From the NCBI GenBank assembly GCA_051294375.1, contig CM119269.1, positions 3,018,026 through 3,082,025 of the forward strand: a DNA stretch of 64,000 nucleotides, read 5' to 3'. How positions within the stretch are numbered: position 1 is the stretch's first letter; every line of letters begins with the position of its first letter. The DNA comes from Paraspadella gotoi. Lineage: Eukaryota > Animalia > Chaetognatha. Under the pieces are notes generated by a model that made no database searches, was not told where the DNA came from, and saw only the letters and a program-made list of their open reading frames with translations. Shown piece after piece: positions 13,830 through 26,522 of the stretch. The translations under genes and the position numbers were made by a program.

Positions 13830-15413
13830 GTGCGAGAGCGAGATGTAGCAGAGAAGAGTGCAAAAGCAACGGGGTCAGATATCAAAACCCATTTTTACCA
13901 GAGTCGAGTTGCTGTCGAGGCTGATTCGATCCCTGCCGCTGGCTCGGCCCGCCACCTAACATATCCCTGTGGGGTGGAGGGAGTGAGAGAGAGAGAGAGA
14001 GGGGAGAGAGAGAGAGAGGAGAGAGAGATAGAGATAGGGGGCGGAAGGGGCGATGTGATGAGCCTTTATCGGTTATACGTCGATGCTTTTGATTAGTTTC
14101 GAAGTGAATGATTTTTTTTTTTCGGATGAAGGATTTTTGGAGGTTGTTAGGATTGAGGACCTGAACGAGGATAACTAATGCGAATTTGGATTGGAATTGA
14201 AACGGGGAGGGGGAGGAAGAGGAGGAGGTTGAAGATAGAAAGGATTTTTTTTTTGTGAGAGAGAGAACTGTCAATTATGAATCAATATTTGATCACGCGG
14301 TTTTTCTCAAAAAATATTGTCAAAATAGAAAATTAAATAATATTTTAGATGAGAAAACATATTTAAATGTATTCATATTTTGAATTATGGGCAAGAAAAA
14401 CCTTTATCTGGTTTTTTTTTTATGTATTTTTATGCAGATTTAGGTAGAAACGTCTAGAAATTCTATATTTGATTTAAGGGAAACTGTTTCTTCTTTATCA
14501 TTCAAATATTTGGTTTAAGCATCAATAACTTTTTTTCGCTGACAAAAGTTAAAAAAACGCAAAAACGAAAATAAAAAAAAACCTCGAGAGAACCTTGAAC
14601 AAAATGACTGCAATTGCGAGTTTTGAAAAAAGCTAAAATTAGTTTTCTCGAAAATAGAAAATTGAAGAAAAAAAAGTTTTGAACTCGAGAATACAGCCGC
14701 GCGGCCATGAGAATAGAGTTGGGAATGTTGTAGTTGTAGTAATTGTTCTTTTTTGATGGTTTTGTTCTCTTGTTTTTCTTTATCGACCCGAAACATCGAA
14801 ATACACAAACAGAAAGTCATTTTTAAGCAAAATTGAAATTATGATAATAGTCAGTTGCGACTGGCGAGTTACTGATTTTGAATAGGAAAACGTTTAATCG
14901 CCATCTAATCTAGAAGCGCTTTCTAAATTAGTTTGAATTACGACTCTCGCTAAGAAGCTGATCTGTACTACATTTTCACATGGACAAATTATCTTTACCT
15001 CATATGCGCCTTTTCTAGTCAATGTCAATGTCTAAGTCTTCTTTCAGTGTTAAACCTAAAGATAACGAGTGCGCGCAGCTGAAACTACTGTAATTACACA
15101 GCTGTTTAATACAATATTTGGCGTCGATCAGTCAGTTAATCGAATTCTTTCTCTTGCAATAAGTCGAAAATTTCAACGTCATAACAGAAACCTTGAAATA
15201 GAAGTTTTGTATTATAGAAGTATTGTAATAGAAGTAATGAAATGACTAAGAGCCTAAGAGACTTACTAACGCCTTACTAACGCCAATTGCAACGGGACGA
15301 GGACAATTAACTTACCCGATGCCATGTCCGGGGTTGCTGTTGCCTGTCGCCGTGGATCGCGTCTCACGACGAGTAAGGTGGAAGGCGCCAGGAGGGTTGG
15401 AAGTCAGATCCAT
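3865..15413 (-). CDS. Cys-less (Pro-loop) pentameric ligand-gated ion channel subunit; 3' part (M3, M4) not found, 5' end uncertain
   Basis: Phase-consistent exons: 15316-15413 (or 15325), 13899-13966 (or 13955), 12600-12635, 12303-12362, 12045-12160, 11672-11770, 9744-9857 (VSVEVRGVFLKIGEIDTLKEQYHADAFIQTKWKDP), 6337-6454 (WNPRVFIQN), 5893-6007 (FLENLELDDFPVDVQDL), 5413-5542 (QEWSL), 5051-5083, 4102-4200 (RRPGYFYWNVFFLM), 3865-4020 (M1 end, M2 RLQLSFTLLLTAVTFKW, LPTISYLT). These are recognisable pLGIC motifs. Confidence 0.88.
5051..5083 (-). CDS. 33-nt phase 0-0 microexon (AWASPWYEKDQ) of the pLGIC gene
   Basis: Acceptor ctttcttctcag and donor CAG|gtgagt; in frame with both flanking exons, no stop. 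Confidence 0.65.
5755..5823. repeat. (GAT)n microsatellite
   Basis: Pure GAT run inside a pLGIC intron. Confidence 0.95.
7735..8430. repeat. Degenerate intronic tandem repeat, two blocks (~7735-7880 and ~8260-8430)
   Basis: Recurring gtcggcgagcagtcattaggtcaccaagcattcat-like units. Confidence 0.7.
8640..8770. repeat. (AAT)n microsatellite
   Basis: Long ATA/AAT run. Confidence 0.95.
11315..11483 (+). mobile_element. Interspersed repeat family, copy A
   Basis: atgaaattgatacaaccaatata and atggtggtttaaggcctc..ttacaagataatgac..ctttcaatcaagac..gtttattcactc are shared with 48982-49150 and, inverted, with 30255-30460. Confidence 0.75.
12495..12562. repeat. (TTGGACA)n heptamer tandem repeat
   Basis: About nine copies of ttggaca in a pLGIC intron. 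Confidence 0.9.
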
Positions 15414-16891
15414 TCGCGGTGGCGCCACCCATCGGCGTCAATCCACGCCCCTCGCTCTGGCGACACTCTCCCTACGAGCAGAAAGAAGTTTGAAATTCAT
15501 ATATACTGTACATTAAAGCGTAGTAAAAATTAAAAGTCAAATTAACATTGCACTAATGAACATTAATGTAGAAAAAAAATTTATTATAACTTTTGCATTT
15601 TACGCAGTAGGCTATATTTATATATAGCATTAACCCAATAAATAATAAAATTTATAAATGGTTTTATAAGATTTTTTTGCAGATTTGCATTCGTCATAAA
15701 AAAGTTAATGAAAAGTACTTTTGAAACTGATTATAATTTTTTTTTCGCGATATGATTTATAAAAACTTTGCTCTTTATTATTTTGATGCCGCCTTTCACG
15801 CGATTTTATGAAGGAATACAGCATCACAATCTTTGAGTCTCCAAATTTATCATTGAAGATTATGAGGTTCTTTCCCCACTTCATTTAGCATTCAAGGAGG
15901 TTTTGGGGTCACATTGAACTGAATTATGCCCTCTTTAAGGTCACAGAGATTTTCCCATCCACACTGACCTGTATTTCCCCCTGTTTGAGGTTGCGGAGGA
16001 TTGTTGTGGCCCCAGCCCCCTGGATGCCGCGGTGTCGAGTTCTTTGTTCGATCCGACGGCTGCAGACTCGAGGTCAGCGTCATGACGTCATGGGGGCTGC
16101 CAGATTGGAAGGGTGCGACGGAATCCGCGACCGGTTGGAAGCGTCGAGGGCAGCGTCGGAAGAAATTGCGGCACACCAAATTCAGGAACCAGGATTTTTG
16201 GAAGTAAAGTTTATTTTTTTAACGTTTGTGTAATTTCCACGTTTGTTTTCCCACAACGCATAATTAAAAAAAAGAAAAGAAATCACTATCTTAAAATTAT
16301 GACCTACAAATATTTACAAAAATTTTAGTCTGTAAATATTTTATTTATTTGAGCTTTTTCTTTAAAATACGTTATCTAAGAAGCTATGAATGTAATTTGT
16401 ACAAACAACCTTGAATAATTTATCTAATCATTTTTCCGATTTCATAATTTTTACACAATTACAATTTTTATATAATTTGTATTTATTACATTACGCCATG
16501 GCCAGAAAAAAAAAGGGTAACCTACCAGTGCGGGGTCCTCCAGCCCCTGGGTGTTTGGCGTTCGAACCGATTACCCCTGACTACAGATCGTCAGAGATCG
16601 AAGCTCGATCAGCCGTGAGGGAGGAAGAGGAGGAGGAGGAGGAGGAGGAAAAGGAGGAGGAGTAGGCGGGGAGGGGAAGAGGAGGTGGAAAAGTGGGAAG
16701 GAATGGGAATTAGGAGGAGGAGGAAGTTGGTGGAAGAGGGATGAGAAAGAAGGAGGAAAGGAGGAGAACGGGAGAAGGTTGAAGGAGAAAGATTAAGAGA
16801 TTGGAGGAGAGAATGAGAGAAGGGATTAAGAGAAATATTAAAGAAAGGAAGAAGAAAATGAAGAAAGAGAAGGAAAAAAGCGATGGGGGAA

Positions 16892-16930
<39 letters not shown>

Positions 16931-17123
16931 ATAAAAGATGAACGGTAAAAAAAAAATAAATGGCAGAAGGTAGGCTGAAGAAAAGAAAGAGAAGAGAGAG
17001 AAGGAAGAGAGGGAGAGAAAGAAGAGAAGAAAGAGAAGATAGTGATAATAGTAGCAAGAATACAATGAGATTATATAGATGAGATGAAAATCGGATTGGG
17101 CGATGAACTGAACGAGAGAATGA

Positions 17124-17179
<56 letters not shown>

Positions 17180-19659
17180 TTGCCAAAATGTAGAGGAAGA
17201 GTGGATAGATCTCAAGTAAAAAGGTATTCGCTACTTCTCCGTTACACGTTTCGTCGATACAAAACATGATTTTTCTGCCTAAAAAAAGTTTACCGGGTCG
17301 GTGAAGGGAGCGCATGTGATGGGAGAATGAGTTGTGAGAGTGGAAGCATCACGATCGTCCATCACGTGGATGAAAGAAAGATGTATATTCAATTTGAGAG
17401 TAACCACGAGATCGATTTCAACGCAGGGTTGAAAGAGGTTTTTGAGTGTTGAACCGTGGAGAACCATAATTCTTTCTGATTCGAGATATAAAAGTTTTTG
17501 TTGAGAAGTGAAGTCGCTTGAATGGAAAAGTTTTGACAATAGAGCCTTTCTCGTGGTTTTGTCAGCTTGCGAAAGTTGAAATAATTTATGGTTTAAAATA
17601 AATAGTGGTTTAAACAAAAAATGTAAGTGATTCAATTCGGGGAAAGAAAGTGTTTCAATGTGGAAAGGGAAAAAACAAAAAAGAAAATAAAAAGAAAAGC
17701 AAATGATTTTTGAAAAGGAAAACGGGTCAGATAAAAAGAAAGAGTCAATAAAAAGAAAATGCTGCTGAATAGAATTAAAATAATTAGGAAAAAAAACTAT
17801 AAAAGGAAAGAAACATGATCCGATCTCCGAATCGAAAAAGAGTCACGGCATGAGTCACGGCATAAGTCACGGCATAAGTCACGGCATTGTGTCATAACTC
17901 AACCTCTTTTTCTGCACTTTAATTTTGAAATTACACCTTGAGTCCTTGACGCATCCTCTTTATCATCATCCAAGAAGCGCAAAAGTCCTTTTTTTGTTTC
18001 TTATTAGATCTCTTAAAACGCATTTAGTCTTTAGCATTTAATATTACTTTATCAAATGTAAAGTCCGCTTATCGAGTGTCAGATAAATAAAATGACGGAC
18101 AGACGAGTCGACTGAGACTGAAAACTACTTATAGACCCCGTGACTAAAAAGAAAATAATTTATAGAAACCAAGAAAAATAGATTCGAAATTAATTTTAAA
18201 TGAGGCGATTCTACCTTCACGTCACCCCCCCGACCCAAAAAAATTTAAAAATAACAATTTTTTTCATAAAAGAAAAGAAATTATTTAAAATTGAAAGTTT
18301 TATGGAACGATGGGTGTTCGCGATAATGATCGAGCTCAGCCGGGTTGGGGAAAAGGATGGAAAACCTTTAAAATATTATGAATATATTATAAATTTCATT
18401 CATTTAACACGAAGTATTAAATTATATTTAAAATACATTGTCTTGACGCCATGAACTACAACGATAACAAGACTCGTCATTGGCAGGGATCGTTTAAACT
18501 CGTTAAGAACGTCTTGATTCAATTAGGAGAGACGTGAGATTTTTCAATTGGTGTCATTGTGAGGTTTATCCCGGTGCTCGGGAGAGCGAGATGAATGGAC
18601 GGGGCAAAGACGTCGCTTGACGAACGCGCTAGGAGAGACGTGAATAACACTCAAAGTTCCCCAATCTGGTCAGACTATGCCGAGGCCAAACGATCTTCGT
18701 CAGTTGCTTTTCTCCAAGCTCTGCTAGAGTTTGGACATGATATGGCTTGTATCGTCGTCGAGCACCAATTCAGGGCGGGAAAGAGGCGTTCCTTTCGTGG
18801 TGACATCTTAAAGTAACAAAAAAGGAACATCAATCTCTTCTGGGAATTTCGAGAAAAAAAATTCTGTTGTGTCGTCGGTTTTCGGTCGGGGTCGGGTACG
18901 AGAAACATCGTAAGTCGGAGTCGTCTGGTCGCGCGGGATCCGGGGAGGTGCGGAGGAGGGGAAATGAGGAAGGAGAGGTCGATCGAGATCGGGGATGGGG
19001 GAGGTGAAGGGGACGGATGCGGCAGAAGAAGAAGAGAGAGAGGAAGGGAGGTAGGGAGGAAGTGCAGAGGTTGAGAGAGAGAAAGGGAGGGTAAGGGGAG
19101 GAAAAGGGTAACATGAGAGAGAGGGTAAGGGAGGGAGGTCGGGGGTCGTCGGTCGGTCGGTCGTCGGTCGGTCCGGTCGGTCCGGAGGGAAGGGAGGGGA
19201 GGGGGGAGGAAAGGAGAGAAGAGGAAGGGAGGGGAGGGGGGGGGAGGGAGGCAAGGAAATGAGAGAGAGGAGAGGGAAGGGAGGGAAGGAGGGCGAATTG
19301 ACGCAAAGGAATTGGAAGAATTATTACGAGAGAAGAGAGGGACAAGAGGACAAACGGCAAAAGGACGAGTTGAAGAATGAAAACGGAACGAGAGAAAATG
19401 GCAAAAATTAAGATGAAAAAAGAAGAAGAAATACGAAAATAAATAAGAAAGGAAAGGGTGATAAAAAATTTCGGTACCAATGCAAGGAAATAAAAAAAAA
19501 CGACAGATGCGGGGAGGTAGAAAAAGAGATTTAAAAAAAATGAGGTTACCCGAAAGAATAGAATTTTATAAATGGAAGAGGATGGGTAACGGTGGGTTGA
19601 AAAAGAGCACTAAAAAAGTAGGGAAGGGCAGTCGGGAGGAAATGAAAGAAAATAATAAG

Positions 19660-19902
19660 TCGGTCGGTCGTCGGTCGGTCGGGTCGGTCGGGTCGGTGTC
19701 GGTCGGTCGTGCGGTCCGTCGGTCGGTCGGTCGGTCGGTCGGTCGGTCGGTCGGTCGGTCGGTCGGTCGGTTCGGCGGGTCGGTCGGATCGGGATCGGTC
19801 GGTCGGTTCGGTTCGGTCGGTCGGTGGGTCGGTGGTCGGTCGGTCGGGGTCGGTCGTCGGTCGGTCGGTCGTCCGCTNNNNNNNNNNNNNNNNNNNNNNN
19901 NN
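19660..19902. repeat. (GGTC)n tetranucleotide repeat ending in an assembly gap (N run 19878-19902)
   Basis: ggtc/cggt array followed by 25 Ns; a shorter array lies at ~19140-19182. Confidence 0.9.
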
Positions 19903-20399
19903 CTGAACCTTGATCCCAAAGTGCAACTCTCACTCCTTTTACATGTACTTTTCCTAATCGTTACCTTTCCTCTAACCTTACCTTTTCCCATCCCTTACCA
20001 TTTCCGATTCCCCTTTTTCCCCTCCTTTCTTCTCCCGATTTCGCTCTGACCTTTTTCCTAATGAACCCGATCGCGTCAACAAGTCTACGCGTTATCTGTC
20101 GCGACGAAATTCGGACAAACTTTATCGAGAGTAGTACGTAGTTATCGTCTTTGTTGGCATTGATAACGTTCTCTTTTCATGACACATCGGTAGCCTACTT
20201 CACGACAAAACATACAGCAAAACTAGTATCCGAGCCTGCTACTGTTTACCCAGGTTTCAATCTTATCTTGCGTCGTTAATACATAGGTTAATACATAGGT
20301 TAATACATAGGTTTGGATGAAATTGATGAGACATTTGTTTTTTTGGGGTCAATATCGAAACAAGGTCATCGCCAATGCGATAATAAGGACGAGAGAAAG

Positions 20400-20471
<72 letters not shown>

Positions 20472-21146
20472 ACCGTCTCGACGTTTTCAGGTCAGATCAT
20501 CCATCGATCACTCCTTCCAAATTCTGTCCCCGTCGTAACGATGACATTTTTTTCTTCACAAAAAATCGATTATCCTGTTTTCGCGAGAGAAAATAAATAT
20601 TAAAATTTCCATTTTGAATTTAAAGTAATCTAAAGTTAAATTTTAATCAGTCCGTGCCGTTTTTAAATCTAAATTTATATATTTTATTTATATTTTTTTG
20701 TATAATTGTAGTGCTTTCCTCCTTTCTCTCCTTGACTCTCTTCCTCACCTTCTCTATTGTATCCTAATTATTTATTTGTTAATTATCAATTGTTGATAAT
20801 TTTATTGCACTATTAATTTTTTACTTTGACAATTCTTTACTTTTTTTTACTCTAAAAATGTTATATTTAAAAATTTTCACTCCCTTCATTTCTTTTCTCA
20901 ACCTCACTCACTTTATTCTTAACTGAAACTGTCCTCACCTGTATTATACTACTATTATATTATACTAGATTGAAGAACTCAATCTAATTTGAAATGAACC
21001 ACAAATTATTCTGCTACACACCTCTTACCACTGCCCTTTCCCTCAATTCTTTGTTGGCAACTTTAACCTCTCTCTCTCTCTCTCTCTCTCCCTCTCTCTC
21101 TTTCTCTTTCCTCACAGACTTAATATCAAACTTTGAACAAACTGTC

Positions 21147-21199
21147 AAATTTGCGCTGATGAAGGTTCGTAATAATAAGAACCGAAACATTTCCGAATT
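21147..21199 (+). ncRNA. Degenerate minimal hammerhead-ribozyme-like motif
   Basis: CTGATGA (21156-21162), A, stem GGTTC/GAACC, GAAAC, then ATTTC; flanks aatttgcg/cgaatt can partly pair; AATAAA follows about 20 nt later. Confidence 0.45.
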
Positions 21200-21433
21200 A
21201 ATCGTTGTCAAATACAAATAAAAACTCTTTACATTACAAACGTTTGTATTTTTTTTAAATTCTGACTTCTTCATTACTCTCTCCTTTAATTTTTTTTTTA
21301 ACGAGTCAATCTAGAAAATGTTAGTCTGCAATCGATTTGAATATGCAAATTAGATTACAGTTCTTGCTTTGTAAAAAGTCACGATCGAGTGTCTCTTGAT
21401 AAGCGACGTTTTCCCTTTTCAGTCGAATAAACG

Positions 21434-24171
21434 ATGAGGTCGAGAGTCTTCGTCGCCGCCATATTTCTTGGCGTCGTCGCTCAAATCGCCGCCGCCGAAT
21501 CACTCAAGTGAGTTTTATCATTTTCATCTTTTTCACGAGCCACCGTCGATGCGGCATCACAGCATTGACCGACAAGATTGCTTCGTCCATTTTTCATTCC
21601 CTGTATTTAATAAGTAAATGCTCGTAGCCAAAGTCCGCGCAGTTTTAATCCCATTTCTTTTCTTCCTCCTGACAGAAGAGGCTTCGTGCTCCTGGTGCCC
21701 CGCTCATTACCCGTTCGCTCCTCCGCCCGAACCTGCCTCACCTTCCAAGGTTACGAAGGCTTCCATGTCAACATGACTCTTCGATATCGGGCGCAGAGTT
21801 GGAGCGACATGGACGATGTCGTTGAGATGCTGCAGGGCTGGAAGTCTGAGCTTCTCTTTGAGAACGGTGAGTAGGGAGACGTGAGAGAGAAGAGAGGGAG
21901 GCATCACGCAGGAGAGGATGAGCCAGAGAGGAGCAGGGAACGAGAAGAGTAGACGATGAGCAGAGGAAGAGAGGGTATGAAGGATGAAGGGAGAAGCAGA
22001 CGGAGAAGGGAGAAGAGAGAAAGATGACATTTTCTCTCTACTTCTTCGCCACTTCGACTCTCCCTCATCCATCGCGATACTCACCCCAGGAAAGGGTAGG
22101 TGCTTCGACCTGCAGACGCCGGCCGAGGTGCAGCCTTACAGAAAGATCACGCTCACGGCTGACCTCACCTTTTTCTCTCCCGTTTCGGACGAGTTGATCT
22201 CTTCCAGCGCCGAAGCTCAGGTAAGGTCGAGGGAAATGGAGATATAAAAAGGAAAGGAAAGGAAAGGAAAGGAAAGGAAAGGAAAGGAAAGGAAAGGAAA
22301 GGAAAGGAAAGGAAAGGAAAGGAAAGGAAAGGAAAGGAAAAGAAACAAAATAGAAAGAAAGGAAAAGAAGGAATGAAAAAAACACCATATCGACCAAAGA
22401 AAAAAAAGGCGCGCAAACAAAGGCTTCTCAAGGAATTATGGAAAAAAGGCCGGAGGAAATAAGAAAAAAAAGGCGCGAGCGATAAAACTTAATTTTCTCG
22501 ATCGTCGTGGAAAAAAGAATCCCGCGGACAAAAGACGGGAAGATTATGCAGAAGTGCCGCGAGAGGGCAGGGGAAATTGAGAAATAAATCTCACAGGATT
22601 GTGGACGTTGCGCTGAGAAAGATAGGAATTCATTATTTTATGATGTGATCTTTTTTTTTTAATTTAAAATTGGTCGATTATTGAATCATGATGAAATACT
22701 AATGTCAAAACAAGATGTGTTGGACATAAACTGACGGAAAACCCCGCTCATCAGATGCGACTTAAATTTAAAACTTTCGCTGCTCGTTAATTAATTACCT
22801 TCGATATCTTTATTTTATTTTATGAAATTGGTACAGCCAATATAAAAATTATCCATTCGTTTAATAACCAAGTTATCTTGCCCCTGACTTTATTTAATTT
22901 TATTTCATTTTATGATATGTTTGGAAATTATCAGTTCAAAAATCACGTTCTACTGTTCCTTCTACATCCCCAATCTCCAATCCCCAATCCCCAATCCGCT
23001 CGTCCGCCTTTTGCCCGTCAGGTGGACCTGAGAGAGGACAAATCGATGACGTTTATACAAACGGACAAAGCGATATATAAGCCAGGACAAACAGGTCTGC
23101 TTTCCTCTCCTTTGTTTTTCATGAATTCAATTTGCGTTTCCTTTCTCTGGCGTTGGCCAAGTTAATGCATATAAATTGTTTTTCATTCTTTAACTTTTTT
23201 TTTAAACGCTTCAAGTCCGAAAAAGGCAAGAAAACTTCTGCGCGGAAAGGGAATGCAATTAAAATTTCGTTTTCAAAAAAAAACTCCCACACATTATCAT
23301 CATCGTTTTCTTTCTTTTTTTTTCACTGTTTCTTATGTTTTATTTCAGCGTTTTTTTTTTTATTCTCTCATAAAGAATTAAATATTTTCGATTTCATTTC
23401 AGTTAAATTTCGGATGATGACGTTGGACCCGGATTTAAAGCCCTTGAGCGAGGAGGTGGGCGATTATTCAAAAAAGTTTTAAACAGATGTCACGATTTTG
23501 GAAATGAAAAAAAAAAAAGATTTGACGAAGAAATGGAGATTGAAAAGAAGAAAAGATTTTTAAGAAAATGATGATTTATTAAATTTAAAAAAAAAACAGT
23601 AGACGAATTATTATTAGCATGATGAAAAGAAGAGAAAAACTTTTATTTTTTGAAAATAAACAAAAGTGTGGGCGGAATTTTTTATTTAAAGTTATGTAAA
23701 TTTTTTCATTGAATTTTGTCATATAAAAAAAAAAATCCAATCCAATCCAATTATACAATAATTTTAGACATAATTTTTGTCTTAAAACAGTATAAAATTT
23801 TGTTTGTTTTTTCTTAACCAGTAGAGATAAAGCCAGTCACGTGACTTTCTTCACTTTTTCTTTCTCGCCATGAAACCCGACAATCGATATCTGTTCTCCT
23901 TACCCCTTCCGCCGATAGGTGCCGCGAATTTGGATCGAGGACGCGGTGGGATCGCGCGTTGCGCAATGGAGCGAGGTCACACCCACTTCCGGTTTGATAG
24001 ATGCGTCGCTTCCGCTGGCGAAAGAACCGCGCCTAGGAACTTGGACCATCAAAGCTCAACTCGCGGATAAGAGGGAAAAGACGCAGAGTTTTACAAAAAG
24101 TCGAGGAATACGTGGTCGATAGCCTCTCACTCTCTCTCTCTCTTCTCCTCTTTTTCTTTTCTCTCATCTCT

Positions 24172-24243
<72 letters not shown>

Positions 24244-26433
24244 CTTCTATCTATATTTTCATTTGAAAGTTTTCAAGAAGAAAAGATAACTATTTAATCT
24301 CGAAGGTATAAGAAAATTACTTTCTACGTCGATTGGCCGTAACTCAGACAAGCGTCGACATTAATCGTTTGCGACTTTATATAAGTTCATCTCAACCACA
24401 TTTAAAATTCTCCAACCCCCCGCCTACAACCACTCCCGCCCCCGCGCCTCCCCGCGCCGTAACACGACTCCGACGCCCTCTTCCTACCAAACCCTTTCTC
24501 CCAAGTTCTCCCCAAGTTCGAGGTCCGCATCTCCACGCCCCCTTTCGTTACCCTCGACGCCGTCACGGTGCCCGTCACCGTCTGCGCCGTCTACACGTAC
24601 GGGCAGCCCGTCCGGGGCCGGATGTCCGTTCTCGTGGGCGTGAGCGGCTGGAGAGGTCTTCAGCCAGGACGACCCACTGTTCATCGGTATAAGAAAAATA
24701 TGGTCATTTTTTTAGTTTCCAACTTCGCCTAAACCCCCAACCTCTCGTCATCCTTACACAACCGCACCCAAAACCCCTTCGAGCAGCACATTCGAGAATT
24801 TCTTCGACTGCGAGACTCTGGAGGTGTCGACGGAAGACTTGATGTTGCGGAGTCGAACCTACGGCCTTTGGAGTGTCAAGATTCGCGTGGAGGCGGAAGT
24901 CATGGAGGCCGGAACAGGTCGTTTAGGGAATGGGGCTGGCCGACTCTGGTTCTGCGTGGTAGGGCTGATGTTTGCCGATGGGTAAGCTTGAAAAAAAAAG
25001 CTACGTGGGTGGGTAATTGGGTGAGTAAGAACAAAGTAAGGAAAGCAATGGTAAATTTCTGTCAAAATAAAGTAACAGAGGAAACTTGCAGCAGCTTCAT
25101 TAGAAGCCTTTGAATCTTTAGCTGCAGCAGCCGCAGCAGCTCCTTCATTGAAACGCCCTCACTCCTACATCCATCTGATCTCCAGCCGTCGTGCACAACG
25201 CGACCGACGAGAGCGCGGGGATTTCGCGGACGCCCTTTTCCATCAACTTCGTCGAGACCCCCTCCCACTTCAAGCCCTTCTTTCCCTTCGAGGGCGCCGT
25301 CAAGACCACCTTGCCCGACGGAAGCGTGACGAGCAGAACCGTAACAGTGCGGGTCGATTTGGGAAACTCGGTCGCTGTAAAAAACATCACTACCGATAAA
25401 GACACGGTTGGTCGTGAAATTTTATACCCGCTTCTCAGTTCGTCTCTTTTTTTTCATCCGTTTATCCTTTTAACCCGGTTCGCAATTGAAATGTTCACAA
25501 CCAGGGGTTGGGACGATTCACGATTCCGCACGAGGCGATGACGGACGAAGTGAAATTCTTCAGCGTCACCGCCGAGGATCCGGTAATCGAAGATCGAGAT
25601 TGGCGAGAGGAGATCAAGACCAACACCCACCATCAATACAAGCCGATGTCGTCGCACTACGTGGGAAAATGGTTCTCGCCCTCTGGTCAGTTTGGGTAGG
25701 GTCCGTCAGTCTTGGGGTCAGTGTTGGGTAGGGTCCGTTGGTCTCGGGTCAGTTGGGTAGGGTCCGTCAGTCTTGAGGTCAGTTTGCGGTAGGGTCCGTT
25801 CAGTCTTGGGGTCAGTTTGGGTAGGGTCCGTTTGGTCCTTGGGGTAAGTTTTTGGTAAGTTCCGTCGTCTTGGGGTTCAGTTTGGTTAGGGCTCTTCGCT
25901 GGGTGTCCAGTCTTGGGTTAGGGTCCCGTCAGTCTGGGCTCCCGTTTCTTGTAGGGTCCGTCGGTCTTGGGGTCAGTTTGGTTAGGGTCCGTCAGTCTTG
26001 GGATCTTGGAGTAGGGCTTAGAAGGCTGAAAGATATTTACGTATATTTCGCTTTTTTTTTCGGTCAGGTTCCTACGTAAACCTCGTGTCGCCCGTCAAAG
26101 GGGAAACTTTGACTGGTTGCCATGACGATTTGGATTTTGAAGTTCAATACACGTCCGACGAGCAAAAGATACATAAATTCTATATTCAGGTTGAAGAAAA
26201 TATATTTGCTTATTTACAAATGAAACGCTTTAATGTAAAAACCAGAACTAGGAACAGAAAAGAAAATGCCAAGTAAAGCAAGTGAATCTTCCTTCGAAAA
26301 GACCGGACGCCAAACGTCGATGTCCCTTCGATTCATTTATCTTGATTTCGTCACTTGATTTTCCCAAAACCTATATTTCTTGATCATTCTCCTCTTCATT
26401 CCTTCTCGTCTGTCACTTTCCTCTCTCTCTCTC

Positions 26434-26522
<89 letters not shown>

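Noticed and set aside
19480-20049. Long ORFs across the (GGTC)n array
   Set aside because: Simple repeat plus N gap.
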